A DNA stretch of 32,000 nucleotides from Propionibacteriaceae bacterium (GTDB lineage Bacteria; Actinomycetota; Actinomycetes; Propionibacteriales; Propionibacteriaceae), in assembly GCA_031256725.1 (NCBI GenBank), contig JAIRQE010000015.1, positions 60,001 through 92,000 of the forward strand, read 5' to 3'. The first letter of the stretch is position 1. Every line of letters begins with the position of its first letter. The position numbers and the translations under genes were made by a program. This document shows, piece by piece, positions 1 to 7,438 of the stretch. A model generated the notes under the pieces. That model searched no databases and was not told the DNA's origin. It was given only the letters and a program-made list of their open reading frames with translations.

Positions 1-15
1 AGGAAGCACTCGCTT

Positions 16-1236
16 GTGAACCGTACCCTCCGCGATTCCGGGTACATCCTCGCGGCACTGCCTTTCGCCATTGCATCCTTTATTGTCATCATCACCGGAG
101 TCTGCCTAGGGGCGGGGATGGCGATCATCTGGATAGGTCTGCCGATTGGGGTCGCCACCTTGTACGCCGGTCGTGGATTCGCCAATATGGAGAGGCTGCG
201 CCTACACAAACAAGGTACCATCATTGAAGGGGTGCCTGCCCTGCCGCAGACTTCCACTGCCTGGTGGGCGAGAGCCCTTCGTCCCCTCAAAGATCCTGGG
301 CTATGGCGCGAAGCCCTCCACGGAATACTGATTTTCCCCATCTCGGTCTTCACCTGGTCAGTGACACTCACATGGTGGGCCCTAGTTCTGAGTGGATTCA
401 CCGGTTGGATTTGGGAGCCACTAAGTGGCTATTACAGTGGCGCTGGTCAGCTCATGCGTCTCCTGCACTGGCCTATTCCCGGCTGGGTTTTCGATCTTAT
501 TATCGGAGTATTCGCCCTAGTCACACTGCCTTGGGTGGTACGTGGGTGTGCGTTCATGCATGTCGGGCTCGCCAAGGCGTTCCTCGCACCCTCGAAAGAG
601 AGTCTTGCCCAGCGGGTGGCCTACCTCTCTGAGGCACGCGACCAATTGGGGCGGGCCGAGACCTCAGCATTACGGCGTATGGAACGCGATCTTCACGACG
701 GCCCACAGCAAACACTGATCCGTTTGGGTATGGATTTGGCTGCAACCCAGCGTCGCCTTGACGAGGGCGACATTGAATCCGGGACTGCACTTCTTGATGG
801 TGCCCGTCATATGACCGACTCTGTTATCGCCGACCTTCGCTCGCTCTCCCGAAGTATTGCTCCTCCGATCCTCACCGAACGTGGACTCGGGCCAGCATTA
901 CTTGCCGCTGCTGCGACCTGCACTATCCCAGTTTTAGTGAACTATGACTTCCCCAGCGAACCACCAGAGAAAGTCGCGACTGCTGCGTACTTTGTTGCAT
1001 GCGAAGCATTGGCCAATGCTGTCAAGCACTCTGAAGCCACAAGGATCACTGTGCTTGTCACCACAGACGACAACAATGATTTACTTCTGGAGATCCACGA
1101 CAACGGTACAGGTGGTGCCCAGTCCATCCCCGGTCACGGTCTGGCTGGTTTGCAGGATCGCATCAGCGGGCTGGATGGTCATCTCACGATCAACGGTACC
1201 TCTGGTACCACGATCACAGCAGTACTACCAATGTGA
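16..1236 (+). CDS. Two-component sensor histidine kinase (HisKA_3 class, NarL-type partner) with multi-TM N-terminal sensor region
   Basis: 406-aa ORF with a GTG start preceded by AGGAAG at 1-6. The N-terminal half is hydrophobic. H-box 'RDLHDGPQQTL' is typical of HisKA_3. HATPase_c motifs present: 'NAVKHS', 'DNGTGG', 'GHGLAGL'. A NarL-type regulator gene follows 25 nt downstream. Confidence 0.85.
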   Translation: MNRTLRDSGYILAALPFAIASFIVIITGVCLGAGMAIIWIGLPIGVATLYAGRGFANMERLRLHKQGTIIEGVPALPQTSTAWWARALRPLKDPGLWREALHGILIFPISVFTWSVTLTWWALVLSGFTGWIWEPLSGYYSGAGQLMRLLHWPIPGWVFDLIIGVFALVTLPWVVRGCAFMHVGLAKAFLAPSKESLAQRVAYLSEARDQLGRAETSALRRMERDLHDGPQQTLIRLGMDLAATQRRLDEGDIESGTALLDGARHMTDSVIADLRSLSRSIAPPILTERGLGPALLAAAATCTIPVLVNYDFPSEPPEKVATAAYFVACEALANAVKHSEATRITVLVTTDDNNDLLLEIHDNGTGGAQSIPGHGLAGLQDRISGLDGHLTINGTSGTTITAVLPM

Positions 1237-1261
1237 GTCAATGAATCGAGGAAGGTGAACC

Positions 1262-1897
1262 ATGCGACTGGTCATAGCCGAAGACAGTGTCCTGCTCAGG
1301 GAGGGGCTTGTACGACTGTTTACCGAACTCGGACACGAGGTTGTTGATGCTGTTGACGATGCCCCTCGATTGATTGAATCGGTACAGACCCATCTTCCTG
1401 ACATGGTTGTGACAGACGTACGTATGCCACCCACACATACCGATGATGGGTTGCGTGCCGCAATGACCATCCGTTCCACGAATCCTGAGATCGGCTTGCT
1501 GGTACTCTCACAATGGGTTGCAGTAGAAGCAGCACAGGAGCTTCTCCGCGATGGGAGGGGCGCAGTAGGGTACCTCCTCAAGGACCGGGTCCAGGAATTC
1601 TCGATGGTGGCCGCCACCTTAGACATCATCGTCAAGGGTGGAACGATGGTGGATCCTGAAGTCATCGCACAGATTACTTCAGATCGGAAAGGTCCCAATC
1701 CTTTGACCTCCCGAGAGTCAGAGGTACTCTCACTCATGGCCGAAGGCCGATCCAATACCGCTATTGCATCCCAACTCGTGGTAACCCTAGGTGCAGTAGA
1801 GAAACACATTGCCTCCATCTTCACCAAACTGGATCTGACCAACTCCAGCGATGATCACCGCCGTGTACTAGCTGTCCTGTGGTACTTGGGTGGTTGA
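1262..1897 (+). CDS. NarL/LuxR-family response regulator (receiver + HTH_LuxR)
   Basis: 211-aa ORF. Receiver motifs 'VIAEDS' and 'MVVTDVRMPP'. C-terminal LuxR HTH 'LTSRESEVLSLMAEGRSNTAIASQLVVTLGAVEKHIASIFTKL'. SD-like GGAAGG lies upstream of the ATG. Confidence 0.9.
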   Translation: MRLVIAEDSVLLREGLVRLFTELGHEVVDAVDDAPRLIESVQTHLPDMVVTDVRMPPTHTDDGLRAAMTIRSTNPEIGLLVLSQWVAVEAAQELLRDGRGAVGYLLKDRVQEFSMVAATLDIIVKGGTMVDPEVIAQITSDRKGPNPLTSRESEVLSLMAEGRSNTAIASQLVVTLGAVEKHIASIFTKLDLTNSSDDHRRVLAVLWYLGG

Positions 1898-2770
1898 GGA
1901 CGCCTTGGTCAACCCAAGGACCACTACACCACCAATGATCGCCGCCAACCCGAGTACACGAGTCAGGGTTAGGGGCTCAGAAAGTACCACAACACCAAGT
2001 AGTGTTGCCGTCGCAGGTTCGGCAAGCCCGACTGTAGTGGTTGAGGCTGCGGTCATTCCCCGCATACCAGCGACCGTTAACATGTAGGCAATACAGAGGG
2101 TGGCGATGGCCATCCACGATGTCACGGCGATCCCACGTGGTGTGGCTAGCCAGGAACTGTCGGACATGGAGAGAATCAGGAACGCGGGAAGTGAGCCGAC
2201 CCCCATGACCGCCATAGCAACATCTGTGGAACGCCACCCACGGTTGAGCAGCCATTTCGTCGCCACAGCAAGAGTCGCATAACAGGCTCCCGAGATGAGA
2301 GCCAAGATGACCCCCCACGGATCGACCTGTACCCTCGAACCAGTCGACCAGGAGAGGGCTGCCACTCCAACAACAGCAAGTACGGTCGCGAGCATCCAGC
2401 GTAGGCTTGGGCGAGTTTTGAGTACCACCCACTCGATTAAGCCAGTAAAAACCGGGCTTGAGCCAAGGGCGATCACAGTACCAACCATGACACCGTTTAC
2501 CCTTGTCGCAGCAAAGAAAGTCGACTGATAGATCAAGACAACACCAGCACCAATAGTGATGGCGAGGGCCTCACGCCACGAAAGCTGTGTCAGGGTGGCT
2601 CGACGACGCCACCAGGATATGCACCCAAGAGTACCCATGATCAACCCACCGAAAGCCAATCTGGCTGAGCCTATCGACATAGATGAGGCACCATCGGGAG
2701 CAAAGGCTTGGGAGGTACCCGTTGTTCCATAGAGCACAGCTCCAGCAAGAACGAGCAGTGCATATTTCAT
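1868..2770 (-). CDS. EamA/DMT-superfamily permease
   Basis: 300-aa ORF with about 10 hydrophobic segments in a two-fold repeat, rich in G, A, V and L as is typical of EamA. Its 3' end overlaps the convergent response-regulator gene by 30 nt (1868-1897). Confidence 0.8.
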   Translation of the reverse strand: MKYALLVLAGAVLYGTTGTSQAFAPDGASSMSIGSARLAFGGLIMGTLGCISWWRRRATLTQLSWREALAITIGAGVVLIYQSTFFAATRVNGVMVGTVIALGSSPVFTGLIEWVVLKTRPSLRWMLATVLAVVGVAALSWSTGSRVQVDPWGVILALISGACYATLAVATKWLLNRGWRSTDVAMAVMGVGSLPAFLILSMSDSSWLATPRGIAVTSWMAIATLCIAYMLTVAGMRGMTAASTTTVGLAEPATATLLGVVVLSEPLTLTRVLGLAAIIGGVVVLGLTKASSTTQVPQDS

Positions 2771-2796
2771 TCGCCTATTGTGTCAGAATTGAACCC

Positions 2797-3270
2797 ATGT
2801 CTGCGACACCAGCAACAGTGGTACTGGATTCGGCAGGGATTCCCTACGAATTGCACCCCTATGACCATGATCCAGCGAACCACAACTTTGGGGATGAGGC
2901 GGCTGCATCATTAGGTGTCGATCCACTACAAATCTTCAAAACCCTCGTGGTTGATACTGGTGGTCGCCACCTCGCTGTTGCAGTGGTACCCGTGGCCACC
3001 CAGCTTGACTTGAAGGCCATGGCGACAGTACTGGGTGTCAAGAAAGCTGATCTGGCTGATCCTGAGTTGGCCGTTCGCTCCAGCGGTTACATCGTAGGAG
3101 GTATATCCCCTATCGGCCAGAAAACCCCGTTGACAACGATCATTGATGAAACTGCGGAACTTTTCGACACCATCTTTGTTTCCGCTGGTCGTCGAGGACT
3201 CCAAATCAGTCTCTTTCCCCAGAGTTTGGCCACGATCACCTCAGCGCGCTTTGCCGACATTGCACGATAG
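2797..3270 (+). CDS. ybaK: Cys-tRNA(Pro)/Cys-tRNA(Cys) deacylase YbaK
   Basis: The ORF track begins at 2683, but that start would overlap the divergent EamA gene. The internal ATG at 2797 gives 157 aa, 'MSATPATVVLDSAGIPYELHPYDHD...'. YbaK/EbsC-like 'GYIVGGISPIGQK' and 'IFVSAGRRGLQISL' are present. Confidence 0.85.
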   Translation: MSATPATVVLDSAGIPYELHPYDHDPANHNFGDEAAASLGVDPLQIFKTLVVDTGGRHLAVAVVPVATQLDLKAMATVLGVKKADLADPELAVRSSGYIVGGISPIGQKTPLTTIIDETAELFDTIFVSAGRRGLQISLFPQSLATITSARFADIAR

Positions 3271-3411
3271 GTACGGGGTTTGGCTTGAACGTTTGGGCTT
3301 TCATACAGCCAGAGCCGAAGTCATCGCGGAGACGGTATTCGGTCGCTTCGCTCCCTACGACCGCACTCCTTCGCGCAACCCTCAAGAACCTCCTTGGATG
3401 TTCATGACTGT

Positions 3412-3452
3412 ATAGAAACAAAAGGGAATTCGCGAGCAAGTTCGCAATTCCC
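3412..3452 (-). terminator. Rho-independent terminator downstream of tRNA-Ser
   Basis: Minus-strand hairpin GGGAATT-GCGA / TCGC(G)-AATTCCC at 3424-3452 (11 bp with one bulge). It is followed on the minus strand by TTTTGTTTCT (complement of 3412-3423). Confidence 0.5.
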
Positions 3453-3502
3453 ATTGGTTCCCATACAGCGAGAGCCGACTAAAGTCGGCTCTCGGGGTTG
3501 CT

Positions 3503-3596
3503 TGGCGGAGGCGGTGGGATTTGAACCCACGAGAGGGGACGAACCCTCAACCCGCTTAGCAGGCGGGCGCCATAGACCGAACTAGGCGACGCCTCC
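3503..3596 (-). tRNA. tRNA-Ser (anticodon GCU), encoded CCA end
   Basis: Reverse complement reads GGAGGCGTCGCCTAGTTCGGTCTATGGCGCCCGCCTGCTAAGCGGGTTGAGGGTTCGTCCCCTCTCGTGGGTTCAAATCCCACCGCCTCCGCCA. It has a 7-bp acceptor stem, anticodon stem CCCGC/GCGGG with loop CTGCTAA, the long variable arm of a class II tRNA, and T-loop GGTTCAAATCC. A 10-bp hairpin (3469-3494) follows immediately 3' of it. Confidence 0.93.
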
Positions 3597-3755
3597 AGTT
3601 GCTCGGATAACTCTACCGGGAAGACGCCCACAAATAAACTCAGGGGATATCAACACCATAGATATCAAGTGCTGAACGTACATCTGTATGGGTGAAATCA
3701 TTGCCAACGAAAAGCAGGGAGTACTTTGTATGGCTACTGCAAACTCCAGTCTGTT

Positions 3756-4016
3756 TTACGAATTCCGGTTACGAGACTTGGCACGTACGATGTTTGCAAG
3801 AACATTGCCAACACTTGTCGCAAGGAGAGCGGTCACTATAGTCGCTCCAGAATCAGGTACCGTGATTGCCAGTACGATGCCTCCCGCTACTGCAAGGCCA
3901 GCCAAGACAAGGGTGAGGATGCGCATCTGCCTCCATGCAAAAAAAGCCAGGAGTACACCAAACAGCAGTCCGATTCCCAGGCCAGCCCAAACCATGGGCG
4001 TCATCTCCATATTCAT
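3756..4016 (-). CDS. Small integral membrane protein, function unknown (86 aa, 2-3 TM helices)
   Basis: ATG at 4016 is preceded by AAAGGAG at good spacing. The sequence is Gly/Ala/Leu-rich and hydrophobic with a basic C-terminus 'RAKSRNRNS'. Any resemblance to GlsB/YeaQ/YmgE-type proteins is only loose. Confidence 0.6.
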   Translation of the reverse strand: MNMEMTPMVWAGLGIGLLFGVLLAFFAWRQMRILTLVLAGLAVAGGIVLAITVPDSGATIVTALLATSVGNVLANIVRAKSRNRNS

Positions 4017-4159
4017 GTGTACTCCTTTGGTTTAGGAGAAGCATTCCAGGGATGTGGGGTATCCAGCAAATCGAGGGATAGGGTCGAGAATAGATATACC
4101 TCATCTTCAGCAGCTTCACTGTCCAATAGTCTCCACCATCCACGAATAGTAGCCAACCA

Positions 4160-4271
4160 CGCAGAGGGTGGGGTACATCTATCTCAAACACACTCCCGCA
4201 GTTGTTTCCTGAGGGAAACAACTCCTCCGTTCGGGAATACGGTTTGAGATAAATGTACCCCACCCTCCGCG
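4160..4271 (-). other. 112-nt rod-like inverted repeat / candidate structured RNA leader (unclassified)
   Basis: Arms 4160-4189 and 4242-4271 pair at 28/30 on the plus strand. Both mismatches become G-U wobbles on the minus strand, giving 30/30. The arms enclose a perfect hairpin GTTGTTTCC-tgag-GGAAACAAC (4201-4222). The element lies between the 5' ends of two divergent genes. Confidence 0.6.
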
Positions 4272-4376
4272 CACCTCCACAAAGAAGGTGGATCATCAGG
4301 GGGAAATCAGGGGAGTATCCCCCTTGGATTCTGGGGGCGGGGAGTTATCCTGGAATAGGGAGAAAGGAAGACTATA

Positions 4377-4772
4377 ATGAGCAACTATCAGCCATATGAA
4401 CCGCATGTGACAACGGGTTATGCCCAGGCTCAGGGGATGAGGCCTGGGGTGCCAGAGTACGGAAATATGGAACCCTTCGGGGTCTCGGATCGCCACGAGT
4501 TTCGGTTGAGGCCCGAACATCCACACGCCAACGTAGTACTTATACTTGGAATTCTGTCACTGGTTCTTGCAGGAATCTTGGGACCCTTCGCGTGGTCTTT
4601 AGGGAATCGGGCCATTCGGGAATGTCAACAGGGGCAGTACTGTTTGACAAGCTCTTTGAGAGTCGGGCGCGCCCTCGGGATAGCAGCTACAATTTTATTG
4701 ATAATATTTTTTGTCGGAATGATCGTGTCAGTCATAGTGTTCTCCACGATTGGAATTTTGGCTGCGCATTAG
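4377..4772 (+). CDS. DUF4190-type membrane protein
   Basis: 131-aa ORF. Pro/Tyr/Gln-rich N-terminus followed by two TM helices flanking 'WSLGNRAIRE...', the usual DUF4190 layout in Actinobacteria. GGAGAAAGGAAG lies upstream of the ATG. Confidence 0.7.
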   Translation: MSNYQPYEPHVTTGYAQAQGMRPGVPEYGNMEPFGVSDRHEFRLRPEHPHANVVLILGILSLVLAGILGPFAWSLGNRAIRECQQGQYCLTSSLRVGRALGIAATILLIIFFVGMIVSVIVFSTIGILAAH

Positions 4773-4782
4773 CTGCCAACCC

Positions 4783-5598
4783 TTACAGTACATCGCCAAT
4801 CCACCTGAAATGGCCGGTGACTAGCGCTAAAGCGAGTCCGAAACCTACGATACCTGCGGCGATTCCAAGACAGATAATGTCTGGTACTCCCACTTTTGAG
4901 GGTCTCGCCCAGGTACGTCGCCCTCGACCAAATCCGCGGGTCTCCATCGCGGTTGCCAGGGTTGAACCCCGTCGAATCGCACTGACCAGCAATGCAAAAG
5001 CCAGGGTGGCATATCGATGCAGTACCCCATGATCCCCCAGGCCACGGGCCTTGCGGGCGAGTTGCATGGTTCTCCAGTCGTCACCAAGGCGGGCCACAAG
5101 ACGTACCGCAGCTAAAGTACCTAGGACGAAGTGGGAGGGAAGATGCCAGACCTGGGCCAAACCATCGGCCATGTCTGTGGGGTCGACGCCGATGAGGGTG
5201 ACCAGGCAAGCCATCCCCAGTGCGATCACTCGGGCAGCCACAGCAGCGGCGTAACTCAGCGACTGCTCGGAGACAACGATCAGGCCCCAGGTGAAGAAGA
5301 TCTGACCATCGGGGTTCCCATAGAGTGCCATGGAGAGTCCGGCAAGGGGAGCCGCGACCACAAAGGGTATGGCTCTGAGTCCGAGGGTACGAAGGCGGGA
5401 GCCCATGTGGCGTGGACATAGGGCCAACCAGATCACGATCTCCAAGGCCACGACGGTCAGGGCACTCACCCAGTCGAGGGTGATGAACAACGGGAATGTG
5501 AGGATCATCGCAGCCCCCATCCGGGTCACCGGATTCACGCAGTCAAGGATGGTTGTCCTACACATCTCTTCGGAAAGCGAGCGGAGCTGTGTAGTCAT
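4783..5598 (-). CDS. ykoC: ECF transporter transmembrane (T) component, CbiQ/EcfT family
   Basis: 271-aa polytopic ORF. Its start overlaps the stop of the upstream ATPase gene (ATGA at 5595-5598). It is the last gene of a riboswitch-S-A-T module. The Arg-rich C-terminal coupling region 'ARKARG...AIRRGSTLATAMETRGFG' is typical of EcfT. Confidence 0.8.
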   Translation of the reverse strand: MTTQLRSLSEEMCRTTILDCVNPVTRMGAAMILTFPLFITLDWVSALTVVALEIVIWLALCPRHMGSRLRTLGLRAIPFVVAAPLAGLSMALYGNPDGQIFFTWGLIVVSEQSLSYAAAVAARVIALGMACLVTLIGVDPTDMADGLAQVWHLPSHFVLGTLAAVRLVARLGDDWRTMQLARKARGLGDHGVLHRYATLAFALLVSAIRRGSTLATAMETRGFGRGRRTWARPSKVGVPDIICLGIAAGIVGFGLALALVTGHFRWIGDVL

Positions 5599-7292
5599 AG
5601 CTCCCCCATGTCGATGCGGTGATCTGCGAGGGCTTCAATGTAGGCCTGGTCATGGGTGACAGAGATGATGGTTGTACCCTGGTCGCGCAGTGTTGCCACG
5701 ATCTCGACCATGGATGCCCAAGTCAGACGATCCTGGCCGAAGGTGGGTTCGTCGAGGATGATGACTTGGGGGTTGCAGGCTAGTACTGTTGCCACGGATA
5801 GTCGACGCTTTTCCCCCCCTGACAAGGTGAAAGGGTTCGCCTTTGCCAGATGGGTGAGGCGGAGTTGGTCCAGGAGTTGGTTCACTGTGGCATCGATAGA
5901 CGTGGGGGTTGATTCTATGGTCTGAGCATCCGGTACGGATTCGGGACGGCGCAATGAATGAGATGACCGCGCACGACTGCGCTTGGTACTCAATGCTTTG
6001 AGCCCCACTGCGATCTCATCGAAGACTGTACTGGCGACGAATTGGTGATCCGGGGATTGGAAGACCGTACCTATTCGCGTGAGGAGTTCCCGAGACCTCC
6101 ATGTGTGTGGGGATGATCGACCATTGGGTGCCAGGGTTTCGGCGACCTCAACAACCCCATCAAGTGGCGGTAAGAGACCGGCCAAGGTCAGAGCCAATGT
6201 GGTTTTCCCTGACCCATTGGTACCCGTGATCACTGAAGAGAGACCACGAGGGATATCGATAGAGATGCCAGTACGAATGGGAGTTGATCCGTACCCTATA
6301 GCAAGCCCATGAGTACTGATCGCGACTGGTCGGTACCCACTATCACTACCATCTAAGCCTCTTTCGTCGCGAAACTTCACCACATCACCCTCAATGTGGT
6401 GCCCATCTTTGGGTTTGTGAACTTGTGTAGGGATTTCGGGGTCAAACTGAATCGAAACTTCACAACTTCCAGATGAGGTATCCGTACCAGTGGGGTTTTG
6501 TGAAGTTATGGTGCGTACGGGATGTGCATTGAAGGGAAGGCTGCCGGAATTCATGTATTCCCCAGGAATCCACACGCCCATGGCTGCCAATTCTTCACTC
6601 ATCTTCGGGAAGATTTGTGTGGGAGATCCGTCGGCGATAGCCCCATCTGGCGCTAGTACGATGACCCGATCAACTAGGGATGCCCACGTTGAGCAGTGAT
6701 GTTCAACAACAATAAGGGTACGATTACGATCAGCAACCACCTCGGCAACAGCATCTCGAACCTGAATCAAACCAACAGTATCAAGGTTCGCGGTGGGCTC
6801 ATCCAAGACCAGCAATTCGGCACCCATCGCAAGAGCACCAGCAAGTACCAACCTCTGTTGTTCGCCGCCAGAAAGATGATTCGTGTGATGATCCCGTGGC
6901 AGATCAAGCCCCACCGACTTTAGGGCAGTATCCACCCGCGGCCAGATCTCATCAGGGGGTATACACATGTTCTCACAGCCGAAAGCCACATCATCGCCGA
7001 CCCGGGTCAATACGATCTGGGAATCCGGGTCCTGCATCATCAGGGCCGCGTGACCCTTCAACTCACGAGGATGGGTACCACCAATGGTCAGCAACCCCTC
7101 CTCTTCACCCTCATTTGCATCACCGAGTACCCCAGCTAGAGCAGCCAACAGAGTCGACTTTCCTGCTCCCGAAGCCCCAAGAAGCAGTACCCGTTCGCCC
7201 GCTTTGATCGTGAAACTGAGGTTTCGAAGTGCCCAAGCTCGGCGGCTGGCATGACGCCACCCCCAATCCTTAGCCCGGATCTCCATGGTCAT
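5595..7292 (-). CDS. ykoD: Fused duplicated ECF-transporter ATPase (EcfA-EcfA')
   Basis: 565-aa ORF with two ABC cassettes. Walker A 'GASGAGKST' and 'GTNGSGKTT'; signatures 'LSGGEQQR' and 'LSGGEKRR'; Walker B 'LLVLDEPT' and 'VIILDEPT'. The two halves are joined by a linker of about 75 aa rich in Ser, Thr, Gly and Asp. Confidence 0.85.
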   Translation of the reverse strand: MTMEIRAKDWGWRHASRRAWALRNLSFTIKAGERVLLLGASGAGKSTLLAALAGVLGDANEGEEEGLLTIGGTHPRELKGHAALMMQDPDSQIVLTRVGDDVAFGCENMCIPPDEIWPRVDTALKSVGLDLPRDHHTNHLSGGEQQRLVLAGALAMGAELLVLDEPTANLDTVGLIQVRDAVAEVVADRNRTLIVVEHHCSTWASLVDRVIVLAPDGAIADGSPTQIFPKMSEELAAMGVWIPGEYMNSGSLPFNAHPVRTITSQNPTGTDTSSGSCEVSIQFDPEIPTQVHKPKDGHHIEGDVVKFRDERGLDGSDSGYRPVAISTHGLAIGYGSTPIRTGISIDIPRGLSSVITGTNGSGKTTLALTLAGLLPPLDGVVEVAETLAPNGRSSPHTWRSRELLTRIGTVFQSPDHQFVASTVFDEIAVGLKALSTKRSRARSSHSLRRPESVPDAQTIESTPTSIDATVNQLLDQLRLTHLAKANPFTLSGGEKRRLSVATVLACNPQVIILDEPTFGQDRLTWASMVEIVATLRDQGTTIISVTHDQAYIEALADHRIDMGEL

Positions 7293-7327
7293 CTCATCAT
7301 TTCGTACGTTGCATCCTCCACTTTCAT

Positions 7328-7422
7328 GTCATCCTGCGCACTGCGACTTTTCACAGTACGTCGCAGAGTCCAGAATTATGGTTAGCCATATATCTGGATC
7401 CTGCGACTTCGCGCAGGATGAC
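7328..7422. repeat. REP-like palindromic intergenic repeat, copy A (two inverted units)
   Basis: The element starts with GTCATCCTGCGCAC and ends with TCTGGATCCTGCGACTTCGCGCAGGATGAC. The right end, reverse-complemented, matches 14313-14343 at 28/31. A degenerate second unit GTCGCAGAGTCCAGAA lies inside. It sits between the ECF S-component stop and the ATPase start. Confidence 0.7.
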
Positions 7423-7438
7423 ACGAGGGAGTGCAGGG

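Noticed and set aside
2683-2796. N-terminal extensions offered by the ORF track: ybaK 2683, ykoE 8071, lyase 10289, hom 21211, dapA 21341, lipoprotein 23442, lysS 24985, lacI 25940.
   Set aside because: The extended starts overlap divergent or upstream genes or the riboswitch, and they lack SD sequences. Downstream starts have SDs or leaderless-type -10 boxes and match the usual family N-termini.
3646-3668. Direct repeat GATATCAA-n7-GATATCAA between the small membrane-protein gene and tRNA-Ser.
   Set aside because: Short 8-mer repeats at spacings of 30 nt or less are expected about ten times by chance in a window of this size, and there is no further supporting feature.
3726-4296. ORFs of 173 aa (plus strand, 3726-4247) and 147 aa (minus strand, 3853-4296) spanning the intergenic structured region.
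   Set aside because: They overlap the better-supported 86-aa membrane gene and run through the 30-bp-arm inverted repeat. No SD or family resemblance is evident, and the translations are Cys/His/Arg-rich and look like noise.
3503-4782. Possible genomic island integrated at tRNA-Ser (small hypothetical genes next to a tRNA).
   Set aside because: There is no integrase, recombinase or phage gene, and no second copy of the tRNA 3' end (GGTTCAAATCCCACC) in the window to serve as an att repeat. The region is only about 1.2 kb.
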